Shown: positions 1 to 9,426 of the stretch, in pieces
How positions within the stretch are numbered: position 1 is the stretch's first letter
Layout of the letters: every line of letters starts with the position of its first letter
DNA from: an uncultured Solirubrobacterales bacterium
GTDB taxonomy: Bacteria; Actinomycetota; Thermoleophilia; Solirubrobacterales; 70-9
Assembly (NCBI GenBank): GCA_963735255.1
Contig: CAVTKC010000003.1
Location: 12,995-76,994 of the forward strand
Reading direction: 5' to 3'
Length of the DNA stretch: 64,000 nucleotides
Made by a program: the position numbers and the translations under genes
The notes under the pieces: model-generated
What the model was told of the DNA's origin: nothing
Seen by the model: the letters and a program-made list of their open reading frames with translations, nothing else
The model's database searches: none

Positions 1-708
<708 letters not shown>

Positions 709-787
709 CGGTCAAGAGTAGCGATCAGGACCTTGCCCCGGGCGGGTAGCAGGCGTAGCATGGAAGCGAACCCACAAGGAGGCGCTC

Positions 788-1147
788 ATGCGGATAGAGA
801 TTCGGGGACGGAACGTCGAGATGACGGACGACCTGCGTGAGATGGTGCGGAAGCGATTCCAGCGCCTGGGCCGGCAAGTCTCGGCGCTGGCGACCCTCGA
901 GGTGGTGCTGTCGGAGGAGCGCAATCCTTCGATCGCCGACAAGCAGGTCGCCGAGGCGACCTTCTACCTCAAGGGTGTGACCCTGCACGCGCACGAGGCC
1001 TCGCCGGAGATGACGCACACCGTGCGCGAGCTGGCCGAGGACCTGCGGCGCCAGGTCAAGAAGCACCGGGAGCTGCGGCGCAAGCGCAGTCAGACCCGCC
1101 GCCTGGTCGACCAGATGCGGGGTCGACCGGCGGAGCTCCACCCTTAG
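788..1147 (+). CDS. hpf: Ribosome hibernation promoting factor / RaiA family (short form, 119 aa)
   Basis: ORF track MRIEIRGRNVEMTDDLREMVRKRFQRLGR...ATFYLKGVTLHAHEASPEM is the typical sigma54-modulation/RaiA fold signature. AAGGAGG lies 6 nt upstream of the ATG. Its position next to secA and comF is the usual actinobacterial neighbourhood. Confidence 0.85.
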   Translation: MRIEIRGRNVEMTDDLREMVRKRFQRLGRQVSALATLEVVLSEERNPSIADKQVAEATFYLKGVTLHAHEASPEMTHTVRELAEDLRRQVKKHRELRRKRSQTRRLVDQMRGRPAELHP

Positions 1148-1157
1148 CGAGCTAGGC

Positions 1158-1781
1158 TCAAAGGCGCCGGGCGAAAGTCACGGCGACCACGCGGGCGGCC
1201 CCGGCCGCCCGCAGAGCCTGCGCACAGGCACTCAGCGTCGCCCCGGTGGTGAGCACGTCGTCGATCAAGAGGACGCTGCGGGGAGCCACTCCCGTCGCCT
1301 CGATGCGCGGCGGCTGCCCAAGGCGCTCCGCTCGCCTGCGCCCGACCTGCCGCCGCGACCCGCGCCGCACCAGGCAGGGCTCGAGACAGGCATCGAGGCG
1401 CTCAGCCAGCGCCCCGGCCAGCTCCCCCGCCGGGTCGAACCCCCGGCGCCGCAAACGCGAGCGCGCCGGCGGCACCGGCACCACCACCCCACTCAGCATC
1501 TGCGCCGGCGCCAGCCACTGAATCCGGTCCGCCATCAGCTCGGCGACCGGCAGCAGCCGCCGGAACTTCAGCGCCGCGACCAGATCCCGCGCCACCCCCT
1601 CGTGCGAGGCCGAGGACCAAGCCCGATCGAGCCCCGGCGGCCCCTTCCCCAGCAACGGCTCCGCCGCCGCCAGCCGCCGCCCACAGCGGGTGCAGACAAC
1701 CGCCTCGGCCCGGCAGGCGCGCCCGCAGGCGGCGCACAGGGGCGGGGCGACGACGGCGGCGATTGCCTGCAAAACCTGCAT
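1158..1781 (-). CDS. ComF-family phosphoribosyltransferase-like protein
   Basis: N-terminal Cys4 (CAACGRAC...CTRCGRRL) plus the C-terminal PRTase motif VLLIDDVLTTGATLSACAQAL. Convergent with hpf. Confidence 0.8.
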   Translation of the reverse strand: MQVLQAIAAVVAPPLCAACGRACRAEAVVCTRCGRRLAAAEPLLGKGPPGLDRAWSSASHEGVARDLVAALKFRRLLPVAELMADRIQWLAPAQMLSGVVVPVPPARSRLRRRGFDPAGELAGALAERLDACLEPCLVRRGSRRQVGRRRAERLGQPPRIEATGVAPRSVLLIDDVLTTGATLSACAQALRAAGAARVVAVTFARRL

Positions 1782-1838
1782 CCGCCGATCCTCTGTGGGC
1801 CGGGCGCATGCGTGGCGCGCACAGTGCCAATTGTTTGA

Positions 1839-1985
1839 GGAGGGACCCGGATGTCCCCCGTGTGAATTGAGTCGCGCACCCTCACGGGTGCTGCTCCGGG
1901 AGATGGTGCGCGCCTATGGCGCGCAGAAGACAGATTGCATTTCGCCGCTGCGCGACATTCTCACGGGGGACATCCGGGTCCCTCC
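1839..1985 (+). repeat. Structured repeat, core family A, copy A1 (forward orientation)
   Basis: Perfect 24-bp arms GGAGGGACCCGGATGTCCCCCGTG (1839-1862) and CACGGGGGACATCCGGGTCCCTCC (1962-1985). They enclose a 99-nt core: TGAATTGAGTCGCGCACCCTCACGGGTGCTGCTCC...GTGCGCGCCTATGGCGCGCAG...GATTGCATTTCGCCGCTGCGCGACATTC. Confidence 0.85.
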
Positions 1986-2153
1986 ACCAACACTCGACAC
2001 CGGGACTTCACGGGTCGGTCGCCATTGAAGCTTCGGAGCTCCCAGCAAGCGACGCGCGGGGAGCTGATTCGCTCGAGGACGCCGCTGGGTTCGAGCGACT
2101 CCCGAGCCCCCGGTCGCGCTCGAGCAGCTTCAAAATCTGAGCGGCGTTCCGTT

Positions 2154-2303
2154 GGGAGGGTGATGGCGCTCCCCCGCAGGAATGTCGCGAAGCGGCGGAA
2201 ATGCAATCCGATTCCTGCCCGCCATAGGCGGGCAGCATCCCCCGGAGCAGCACCCGAAGGGTGCGCGACTCAATTCCAGCGGGGGAGTGTCACCACCCCT
2301 CCC
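2154..2303 (-). repeat. Structured repeat, core family A, copy A2 (reverse orientation; convergent with A1)
   Basis: The reverse complement reads GGAATTGAGTCGCGCACCCTTCGGGTGCTGCTCC..CTGCCCGCCTATGGCGGGCAG..GGATTGCATTTCCGCCGCTTCGCGACATTCC. Arms 2154-2177 and 2279-2303 are imperfect (1 bulge, 3 non-Watson-Crick positions). It lies 18 nt downstream of the frameshift-corrected stop of the ManC-like gene, in sense orientation. Confidence 0.85.
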
Positions 2304-2320
2304 TCGCCAAGCCCTCTCAG

Positions 2321-3324
2321 TCAGCCACGGAGACCGGCGATAGCACCGATCAACACCGAGCCCCCGGGGATCTGAGCCCCTGGCAAGGCAATCGTCTCCC
2401 GCAGCCTGCTGCCTGCCCCGATGCTGACCCCCGGCCCGATCACCGACGGCCCGTCGATCCGCACGTCGTCGCCGATCTCAGCCCCGTCCGCGATCAGTAC
2501 CGGCCCGGCCAGCGCACCCTCGTCGCCGGCGGGGGAGCCGCTGCGGTAGCCGTCGAGGAGCTCCCCTCGCGCTCGACCTCGACCGCCCCGCTGAGCGCGT
2601 CGAGGGTGCTCTCGCGCAGCTCCGTGAGGTTGCCGATGTCGTTCCAGTAGGCGTCGATCTCGTGCGAGTAGAAGGGCACGTCGCCGTCGAGCAGGCGCGG
2701 GAAGACGTCCATCGCCCAGTCGGCGAAGCCGGCGGGATCGCCGGGGCCGGCAGCTTTGCTGGTGCCGGGCGCGGGGAAGAAGTCGAAGATCTCCGAGCGA
2801 AACATGTAGATGCCGCAGTTGGCGAGGTCGGAGAGGGCCTCGGCCGGGTCGGGCTTCTCCTGGAAGCCCTGGATGCGGCCGTCGGCGCCGGTGATCGCGA
2901 CCCCGAACTGGCTGGTGTCGTCGACCCGCTTGGTCGCCAGCGTCGCGATCCCGTCGTGGGACTCGTGGAATTCGCGCATCGCCGTCAGGTCGAGGTCGGT
3001 GAGCGCGTCGCCGGAGATGATCAGGAAGGAGTCGCCGAGGAAACCGGCCGCGTTGCGGACGCCGCCGGAGGTGCCCAGCAGCTGCTCCTCGGGGCTGTAG
3101 GAGAGCTCGACGCCGAGCTGGGAGCCGTCGCCAAAGTGGGCTTCGATCAGCTCCGGGAACCAGTGCAGGTTGGCGATCGTCTCGGTGAAGCCGTGGCGGG
3201 CGAGCAGCAGCAGGATGTGCTCCATCACCGGCCGGTTCAGGACCGGCACCATCGGCTTCGGCATGTCGTAGGTGATCGGCCGCAAGCGGGTGCCCAGGCC
3301 GGCTGCCAGAACCATCGCCCTCAT
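2321..3324 (-). pseudogene. ManC-type NDP-sugar pyrophosphorylase (mannose-1-phosphate guanylyltransferase-like), frameshifted between the nucleotidyltransferase and LbH domains
   Basis: ATG at 3324 (ATGA overlap with the upstream stop) gives MRAMVLAAGLGTRLRPITYDMPKPMVPVLNRPVMEH... In that frame it ends at 2494 in junk (SSSTATAAAPPPATRV). A different frame then continues as GELLDGYRSGSPAGDEGALAGPVLIADGAEIGDDVRIDGPSVIGPGVSIGAGSRLRETIALPGAQIPGG (left-handed beta-helix) to a TGA at 2321-2323. One extra G in the run at about 2562-2566 restores the frame. Confidence 0.75.
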
Positions 3325-4337
3325 GCCGGCCCCATCGCTTCCTTCAGCCGCGTGATCGGCTCGATCGGCAGCGGGTCGACCCCGTGCGCGGCGGCGATCT
3401 CCAGCGAGACCAGGTCGCCCAGCATCGTCGCCCAGAGCAGACGGGCGACGCGGGTCTCCCCCGCGGTCTCGACGCTGACGGCGGTGGCGCCGCTGTCGGC
3501 GACCGCGGCGGCGGTCAGCTCGAGCCGGCGCCGTACCCGCGGGTGCTGATCGCGGTCGGCGAGGAAGACGCCGCCGAGGCCCTGGGCGGAATCCCAGCCA
3601 CAGATCTCGTTGTGGTCGGCCTCGGGCAGCTCGGAGAAGAAGGCGGGCAGCTTGGCGTTCTCGTTGACCTGGGTCTTCCAGCGCCGCGCCACCGCGGTGG
3701 TCAGGTCGGCGCCGTAGACGACGGGGTGGGAATCGCCGAGCTGGGCGGCGATCTCCTTGGCCCGCGCCCGCAACGCCTCGGTCTCGCGCTCGAGAAAGGC
3801 GGCGGCGGCATCGATCTCGGTATGGACCCGCGGCGCCGCCCCTGCCAGCGCCGCCACCTCGGCGACGGCGGTGAACATGTAAGCGACGGCGGCTCGGGGC
3901 TGGAAGATCCCCGGCAGCCCGACCACCGGCAGGCCGGCCGCGCGGGCGCCGTCGACCAGCGGCCCGCCGGTGCTGACGACGATGCGGCGGGCGCCGAGCG
4001 CCTCGGCGGCCTCGAAGCAGGCAAGCGTCTCCTCGGTCCCCCCCGAGTAACTGGAGCAGAGCACGGTCCACTCCGGGGTCGCCCAGCTCGGCAGCGCGTA
4101 GCCGCGCACGGTCACCAGCGGCCGGGTCAGGCGGTCGCCGAGGGCCGCCGCGGCGAGGTCGGCGCCGATCGCCGAGCCGCCCATGCCGCAGACCATCACC
4201 CCGGCGGCGTCGCCGGGCTCCAGGCGCGCCGATTCGATCCGCCAGAGGGCGTCGCGCAGCTGGTCGGGTATGCCGAGGACGTCGTCGATCATCGGAAAGC
4301 GGGGGTGGCGGTCATCTCTGGGCCGGAACTCTCTCAT
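3321..4337 (-). CDS. SIS-domain bifunctional phosphoglucose/phosphomannose isomerase-like protein
   Basis: VMVCGMGGSAIGADL...VLCSSYSGGTEETL...WKTQVNENAK...ELPEADHNEICGW are motifs of the PGI/PMI SIS family. Start is ambiguous: ATG at 4337 or ATG at 4292 (MIDDVLG). Confidence 0.8.
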   Translation of the reverse strand: MREFRPRDDRHPRFPMIDDVLGIPDQLRDALWRIESARLEPGDAAGVMVCGMGGSAIGADLAAAALGDRLTRPLVTVRGYALPSWATPEWTVLCSSYSGGTEETLACFEAAEALGARRIVVSTGGPLVDGARAAGLPVVGLPGIFQPRAAVAYMFTAVAEVAALAGAAPRVHTEIDAAAAFLERETEALRARAKEIAAQLGDSHPVVYGADLTTAVARRWKTQVNENAKLPAFFSELPEADHNEICGWDSAQGLGGVFLADRDQHPRVRRRLELTAAAVADSGATAVSVETAGETRVARLLWATMLGDLVSLEIAAAHGVDPLPIEPITRLKEAMGPA

Positions 4338-5298
4338 CCCGGGCGACTATCGCGCCGTCGAGCTCCGCTCCGGCCTCCACGGTAACGCCCCGGGCGAGGA
4401 TCGAGCCCCCGACCCGGGCGCCGTCGCCGACCTCACAGCCGTCGAGCAGGACCGAGTCGCGGACCTCGGCGCCGGCACCGATCCGGCAGCCGGGCGCGAT
4501 CACCGCGCGCGGCCCGATCGTCGCGCTGGTCGCGACCTCGGCGCCGGCACCGACCAGCAGCCCCGGCGCGGTCGGCCGCACCCGCGTCGCCACCCGCCCC
4601 TCGAGGATGTCCCAGCTCGCCTGCAGGTAGCGCTCGTGGGTGCCGATGTCCATCCAGTAGCCGTCGAGGCGCAGGGCGCAGAGGCCCTCGCCGACCAGGC
4701 GCGGAAAGACCTCGCGCTCGATCGAGACCTCGCGACCGGGCGGGATCAGGTCGAGAACCGAGCGCTCGAGGAAGTAGGCGCCGGCGTTGATCTCGCCTGG
4801 AACCGGCTCGCCGGTCTTCTCGACGAAGTCGAGGACACGGCCCTCGCCGTCGACCTCGACCAGCCCGTAGGCGGCCGAGTCCTCGACGGGATAGAGGGCG
4901 ATCGAGGCACGCGCCCCGCGCTCCTCGTGGGAGCGGATCAGGGAGGCCAGATCGAGGTCGGTGAGGACGTCGCCGTTGAGGGCGAGGAAGCGGTCGTCGA
5001 GGCGCTCGCCGAGCGCGTCGGCGGCGAAGCGAATCGCGCCGGCGGTGCCGCGGCGCTCCGGCTCGACGACGTAGGTCAGCCGCACCCCGGCGTGCTCGCC
5101 GTCGCCGAGGGCCTCGCGCAGCTCGTCCGGGAGGAAGCCGCAGGCGAGCACCGCCTCGGTGACGCCGTGGGCCGCCAGCCACTCGATCATGTAAGCGAGG
5201 AAGGGCCGGTCGACCAGGGTCAGCGCCGGCTTCGGCACGTCGTTGGTCAAGGGCCGCAGCCGCGTCCCCTCTCCCCCGACTAAGACGATCGCCTGCAT
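4312..5298 (-). CDS. ManC-type NDP-sugar pyrophosphorylase with C-terminal LbH domain (328 aa)
   Basis: MQAIVLVGGEGTRLRPLTNDVPKPALTLVDRPFLAYMIEW...GYWMDIGTHERYLQA, followed by hexapeptide repeats. The true start at 5298 lies inside the 753-aa track ORF, whose N-terminal extension is a GC-rich artefact. Confidence 0.88.
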   Translation of the reverse strand: MQAIVLVGGEGTRLRPLTNDVPKPALTLVDRPFLAYMIEWLAAHGVTEAVLACGFLPDELREALGDGEHAGVRLTYVVEPERRGTAGAIRFAADALGERLDDRFLALNGDVLTDLDLASLIRSHEERGARASIALYPVEDSAAYGLVEVDGEGRVLDFVEKTGEPVPGEINAGAYFLERSVLDLIPPGREVSIEREVFPRLVGEGLCALRLDGYWMDIGTHERYLQASWDILEGRVATRVRPTAPGLLVGAGAEVATSATIGPRAVIAPGCRIGAGAEVRDSVLLDGCEVGDGARVGGSILARGVTVEAGAELDGAIVARDERVPAQR

Positions 5299-5312
5299 CG
5301 TCCTAGTGCGTT

Positions 5313-6614
5313 TTAGGACGGCGCGCCGATTTCCTGCTTGGTGCCGATGCCCTCGTACTCGAACCCGGCCGCGCGCAATGCCTCGGGATCGAGGAAGTTG
5401 CGGCCGTCGACGAGCAGCGGGCGGGCCATCCGGCCGGCCGCCTCGGACCAGTCGAGCTCGGCGAACTCGCGCCACTCGGTGACGAGGACGACGGCGTCGG
5501 CGCCCTCGAGCGCCGCCAATGCCGAGTCGGCCATCTCGACCGAGCCGAGCAGTTCGCCGGCGCGCTCGCTGGCGACCGGGTCGTAGGCGACCACCTCCGC
5601 CCCCTCGCCCTGCAGGCGCGCCGCCAAGACCAGGCTCGAGGCCTCGCGCATGTCGTCGGTGTCGGGCTTGAAGGCGAGGCCGAGCAGCGCCACCCGCTTG
5701 CCCAGCAGGGAGCCGAGGTGGGCGCCGAGCTTGCCGACCACCCGCCGCTTCTGCAGCTCGTTGACCTCGATCACCGCGTTCAGCAGCTGGAAGTGGTAGC
5801 CGGAGTTGCCGGCCAGCAGCTTCAGCGCGGTCACGTCCTTGGGGAAGCAGGAACCGCCGTAGCCGATCCCGGCGCGCAGGAACGAGGAGCCGATCCGCTC
5901 GTCGAGCCCCATCCCGCGGGCGACCTCGCGGACGTCGGCGCCGACCTCCTCGCAGACGTTGGCGATCTCGTTGATGAAGGAGATCTTGGTCGCCAGGAAA
6001 GCATTCGAAGCGAGCTTGATCATCTCGGCGCTGGCGACGTCCGTGTGGAGGATCTCGCCGCCCAGCGGCTTGTAGAGGGATTCGACCGCGGCCGCGGCCT
6101 CCTCGTCGCCGGGGTCGGAGCCGATCACCACCCGGTCCGGGTTCTGGAAGTCGGCGACCGCCGTGCCCTCCTTGAGGAACTCGGGACAGGAGACGTAGGA
6201 AAGCCCGGGCATGTCGCGGCGGATCGATTCGCCGGTGCCGGCCGGGACGGTGCTCTTCATGATCAGCACGTGGTCGCTGTCGGCCGGCAGCTCGTCGACC
6301 ACGGCCCGCACCCGCGAGAGGTCGGCGTCGCCCGAGTACGTCGGCGGCGTATCGACGCAGACGAAGAGCAGGCGAGCGCCGTCGAGCAGCGCCGCCATGT
6401 CGGTGGTGAAGGTGAGGCGCTCGGCGTTGCGGCGGACCAGGTCCGCCAGCTCGGGCTCGTGGATCGTGACCTCCCCGCGGCCGAGCGAGTCGACCTTCTC
6501 CTGGAGGATGTCGCGGGCGATCACCGGGTGCCCGAGCTCGGCGAAGCAGGCCGCAGTGACCAAGCCCACCCAACCGACGCCTATGACCCCTACCGGCTCG
6601 CGCTGCTCGCTCAT
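5313..6614 (-). CDS. ugd: UDP-glucose/GDP-mannose 6-dehydrogenase family protein
   Basis: VGVIGVGWVGLVTAACFAELGH (Rossmann fold)...GGSCFPKDV (catalytic Cys motif)...AFKPDTDDMREA. Its start overlaps the LCP gene stop (ATGA at 6611-6614). Confidence 0.9.
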   Translation of the reverse strand: MSEQREPVGVIGVGWVGLVTAACFAELGHPVIARDILQEKVDSLGRGEVTIHEPELADLVRRNAERLTFTTDMAALLDGARLLFVCVDTPPTYSGDADLSRVRAVVDELPADSDHVLIMKSTVPAGTGESIRRDMPGLSYVSCPEFLKEGTAVADFQNPDRVVIGSDPGDEEAAAAVESLYKPLGGEILHTDVASAEMIKLASNAFLATKISFINEIANVCEEVGADVREVARGMGLDERIGSSFLRAGIGYGGSCFPKDVTALKLLAGNSGYHFQLLNAVIEVNELQKRRVVGKLGAHLGSLLGKRVALLGLAFKPDTDDMREASSLVLAARLQGEGAEVVAYDPVASERAGELLGSVEMADSALAALEGADAVVLVTEWREFAELDWSEAAGRMARPLLVDGRNFLDPEALRAAGFEYEGIGTKQEIGAPS

Positions 6615-8254
6615 TCCGCTTTCCTCCCTTGTTTCCGCTTCGGCTTTGGCACGATCACATCGGCGGAGCGTGCCATGCCGACCATCTGGTCGTTGGTCAA
6701 AGTCTGTAACAGGTCATTCGAGATCCAGTAGCTGTTTTCCCCGCGATGCCAGGCGATCATTTTGATCCGGTCGCCGTCGACGTAGATGTCGTAGTCGCGC
6801 CCGTGGATCGTCTTGGTCAGGCTGGGGTTGTTGAGGATCGGTGGATCTTCCCAGCCGCGGATCCCCTGCACCCCGAAGTAGTGGCTGCCGTCGTCGAGTT
6901 CGGCGACCGCGACCATCCTGTAGGCCGGGAAGCGGTTGCCGTCGTCGTCTTTGAGGTGGTAGACGCGCGGATCCTGGATGTGTTCGTAGGGGTTGCTTTC
7001 GACGAAGTGGGCCGCGGAGGGCAGTCGGGTCGGGTAGAAGATCGGGAAGCCGCCGCCGACCCTGCGCGCCGCCACCTCGGCCTCTGCTTCGCCGGCTTCG
7101 CGCGCCGGCACCAGGCCGTCGCTGCCCGGCGGCTTCGGCTTGGCGATGTGCGGTTTCGGCGCTTGCTTCGCCTTCTTCTTGCCCTTCGCCTTGTTCTTCT
7201 TCTTGCCTTCCTTTTCCTCGCCTTCGAGCGAGCCGCGGGAGCCGCCGCTGGCTTCGATCCCGAGGAACATGTTGACCGCTTCGTGGACCGCTTCCGGCGT
7301 CGTGTAGACGAAGCTCGGCCCGAGTTCGGCCGGGAAGTGGACCTCCTTGATCGAGGCGTTGCGCGAGGCGAGGAAGAGTTTCATCACCTGCAGCATCGTT
7401 TCCTTGTCATTGATGTCGGAGGTGGTGTATTTGGTGAAGATGTCGATCAGGCCGCTCTGGTCGAAGACCAGGTCCTGGACCGAGATCCGCTGGCGCGCGG
7501 CGCTGATGAAGTCCTGCTGGCGCGAGGAGCGGACGAGGTCGGTGTCCGTATGCCGATAACGCACGTACTGCAGCGCTTTTTTCCCGCAGAGCAGCTGATA
7601 TCCCGGCTGCACGTTGATTTCGGCGTACTGCTCGGAGGCCGGCAGGCCGGCATTGGAGTGGAAGTAGCGTTTGTCGACGTCGGTATAGACGCAGCCGATC
7701 GCGTAGACGGCGCGGACGAAGCCGAGGAAGTCGACGTTGACGACATGATTGATCGGCAGCCCGGTCAGCTGCTTGACCGTCTGCAGCGTCAGTTTGGGCC
7801 CGCCGTAGGAATACGCTTCGTTGAACTTGCCGGTCCCGTAGCCGGGGATTTCGACCTTGAGGTCGCGCGGGATCGACATCACCGCGATCGAACTGCGGTC
7901 CGGGTCCAGGCGCAGCAGGATCGTCGTGTCGGAGCGGCCGGGGTCTTCTTCGAATTCCGCCCCCGCCCGCTTGTCGGAGCCGAGAATGAGGATGTTCTGG
8001 GGAGCGCCGCCGTCGACCGTCGAGAGGTAGCCCTTGAGTTTGTTGCTGTAGACGTTGTTGTGCGAGAGCGCGTGGGCGATGCTGTCGAGGTAGACGAGGA
8101 TGCTGGTCGCGGTCGCCGCGGCGGAGACGGCGACGATCAGCAGCGAGGCGATCGTGAAGCGGAGCCAGAAGCGCTTCGGCTTCGGAGCCGGCTCGGGGTC
8201 GCCGGAGGGCGGCGGCTTCTTCGGTGCCCAGCCGGGCAACGGGGTCTCAGTCAT
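6611..8254 (-). CDS. LytR-CpsA-Psr (LCP) family cell-envelope glycopolymer ligase with a Lys-rich linker and C-terminal domain
   Basis: Likely start is MTETPL at 8254, followed by a TM helix. LCP core: NILILGSDKR...RSDTTILLRLDP...SIPRDL...NEAYSYGGP...INHVVNVDFLGF. Confidence 0.85.
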   Translation of the reverse strand: MTETPLPGWAPKKPPPSGDPEPAPKPKRFWLRFTIASLLIVAVSAAATATSILVYLDSIAHALSHNNVYSNKLKGYLSTVDGGAPQNILILGSDKRAGAEFEEDPGRSDTTILLRLDPDRSSIAVMSIPRDLKVEIPGYGTGKFNEAYSYGGPKLTLQTVKQLTGLPINHVVNVDFLGFVRAVYAIGCVYTDVDKRYFHSNAGLPASEQYAEINVQPGYQLLCGKKALQYVRYRHTDTDLVRSSRQQDFISAARQRISVQDLVFDQSGLIDIFTKYTTSDINDKETMLQVMKLFLASRNASIKEVHFPAELGPSFVYTTPEAVHEAVNMFLGIEASGGSRGSLEGEEKEGKKKNKAKGKKKAKQAPKPHIAKPKPPGSDGLVPAREAGEAEAEVAARRVGGGFPIFYPTRLPSAAHFVESNPYEHIQDPRVYHLKDDDGNRFPAYRMVAVAELDDGSHYFGVQGIRGWEDPPILNNPSLTKTIHGRDYDIYVDGDRIKMIAWHRGENSYWISNDLLQTLTNDQMVGMARSADVIVPKPKRKQGRKAE

Positions 8255-9338
8255 CGGCGAGCCGGTCCGGGATCGCCCGCAGGAACGATTCGAGCGCCTG
8301 CCGGTAGGTCTCCAGCGAAGAGACCGAGACCCACTCCCCGGGACCGTGGTGGCCGGCGCCGACCGGGCCGAACTCGACCGCGGGGACACCCACCCGCAGG
8401 AAGGAGACCGCGTCCGAGGCGCCGTCGCGACCGACGCTCATCGGCTCGCCGTCGTGGTGCGCCGTCGTCGACTCGCGCAGGCCGCGGACGAAGGGCGAGT
8501 CGCGGTCGACCGTGGCCGGCGGCCGTGTGAACAGCGGCGCCGCCTCGATCCCGGACAGGCCGCGCACTTCGGCCAGGATCGCGGCGGGGTCCTGTTCGGG
8601 CAGGTAGCGGATGTCGACGTCGATGACGCATCGGTCGGGCACCTTGTTCAGCGCGTCCCCACCCCAGATCCGGCCCAGGTTGATCGAGGGGCGATCGAAC
8701 AGCTCCGAGCTGTGCCGGGCAAACGGTAGCGACTCGATACTGCGGAAAACGTCGATCGCGTTGAGCACCGCGTTTTCGCCCAGCCATGGGGTCGCCCCGT
8801 GCGCCGCCGTCCCCCCCACCTCGAGCCGCAGCGCCAGCACCCCCTTGGCCTCGATCCCGATGTGCAGGTCGGTCGGCTCCCCGGTGATCGCGAAGTCGCC
8901 GGTGAAGCCGCTGTCGACGAGGTGGTCGGAACCGCGCTCGGCCTCCTCCTCGGACTCCTCGTCGCCGACGATCCCGAGCCGCACCCGCACCCCATCCTGG
9001 TCCCGCATCGCCGCCGCCACGACCAGCATCGCCGCCAGCGCCCCCTTCATGTCATAGGCCCCGCGCCCGTAAAGCTTGTCCCCCTCGACCCGCGGCTCGA
9101 ACTGCCCGCTGAGACCCGGAACGACGTCGAGATGACCGTGGAGAACGACAGTCGGCGCATCCGCCGGGCCCACTTCAGCCTTGATCACGGGTAGTCCACG
9201 GACCTCGTCCCGCTCCGCCTCGACCCCCCGCGCCTCGAGCCACCCGGTGACAAACGCAGCGCACTCCGAAATCGACTCCGGATCGACGGTCTCGTACCCG
9301 ATCAACTGCTCAGCAAGGGCAACCAGCTCCGAGCTCAT
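8247..9338 (-). CDS. M20 family metallopeptidase (ArgE/DapE-like)
   Basis: Begins MSSELVALAEQLIGYETV, with HGHLDVVP...GRGAYDMKG...GDEESEE...ITGEPT...HGPGEWV. The upstream part of the track ORF is judged non-coding. Confidence 0.85.
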   Translation of the reverse strand: MSSELVALAEQLIGYETVDPESISECAAFVTGWLEARGVEAERDEVRGLPVIKAEVGPADAPTVVLHGHLDVVPGLSGQFEPRVEGDKLYGRGAYDMKGALAAMLVVAAAMRDQDGVRVRLGIVGDEESEEEAERGSDHLVDSGFTGDFAITGEPTDLHIGIEAKGVLALRLEVGGTAAHGATPWLGENAVLNAIDVFRSIESLPFARHSSELFDRPSINLGRIWGGDALNKVPDRCVIDVDIRYLPEQDPAAILAEVRGLSGIEAAPLFTRPPATVDRDSPFVRGLRESTTAHHDGEPMSVGRDGASDAVSFLRVGVPAVEFGPVGAGHHGPGEWVSVSSLETYRQALESFLRAIPDRLADD

Positions 9339-9426
9339 CGTCGCCCTTGCCTTTCTTCGCCCACAGGGCGAATAAGGACAAACGCACTCCCCTCGCCCAC
9401 GCCCCGCGCGACGAGCGTCGCCAAGC

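Noticed and set aside
1782-2320. Possibility that the repeats next to comF/hpf are the raiA-motif RNA (known to associate with raiA/comFC genes)
   Set aside because: The same core occurs at three other unrelated loci in the window. The elements are not between comF and hpf, where the gap is only 10 nt and convergent. I cannot match the raiA consensus from memory. This is left for an Rfam scan rather than claimed.
1935-2375. ORFs starting inside the repeat cores with a recurring peptide (MHFRRFATF / MHFAAARH / IAFPPLRDI), e.g. 1935-2375, 1961-2206, 48175-49386, 48108-48539
   Set aside because: The shared residues are simply the translation of the conserved core segment ATTGCATTTCCGCCGCTTCGCGACATTC. 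Downstream sequence, frame and length differ in every copy. Subfamily B lacks the ATG, and the compensatory-change pattern fits structure rather than coding.
2494-4071. Track ORFs with long N-terminal extensions (525 aa at 2494-4071, 753 aa at 4312-6573, 774 aa at 18990-21314, 840 aa at 55395-57917, 651 aa at 33858-35813, 358 aa at 21068-22144)
   Set aside because: In each case the recognisable domain starts at an internal ATG or GTG that abuts or overlaps the stop of the upstream gene. The extension overlaps that upstream gene in another frame with junk composition. Shorter gene models were used.
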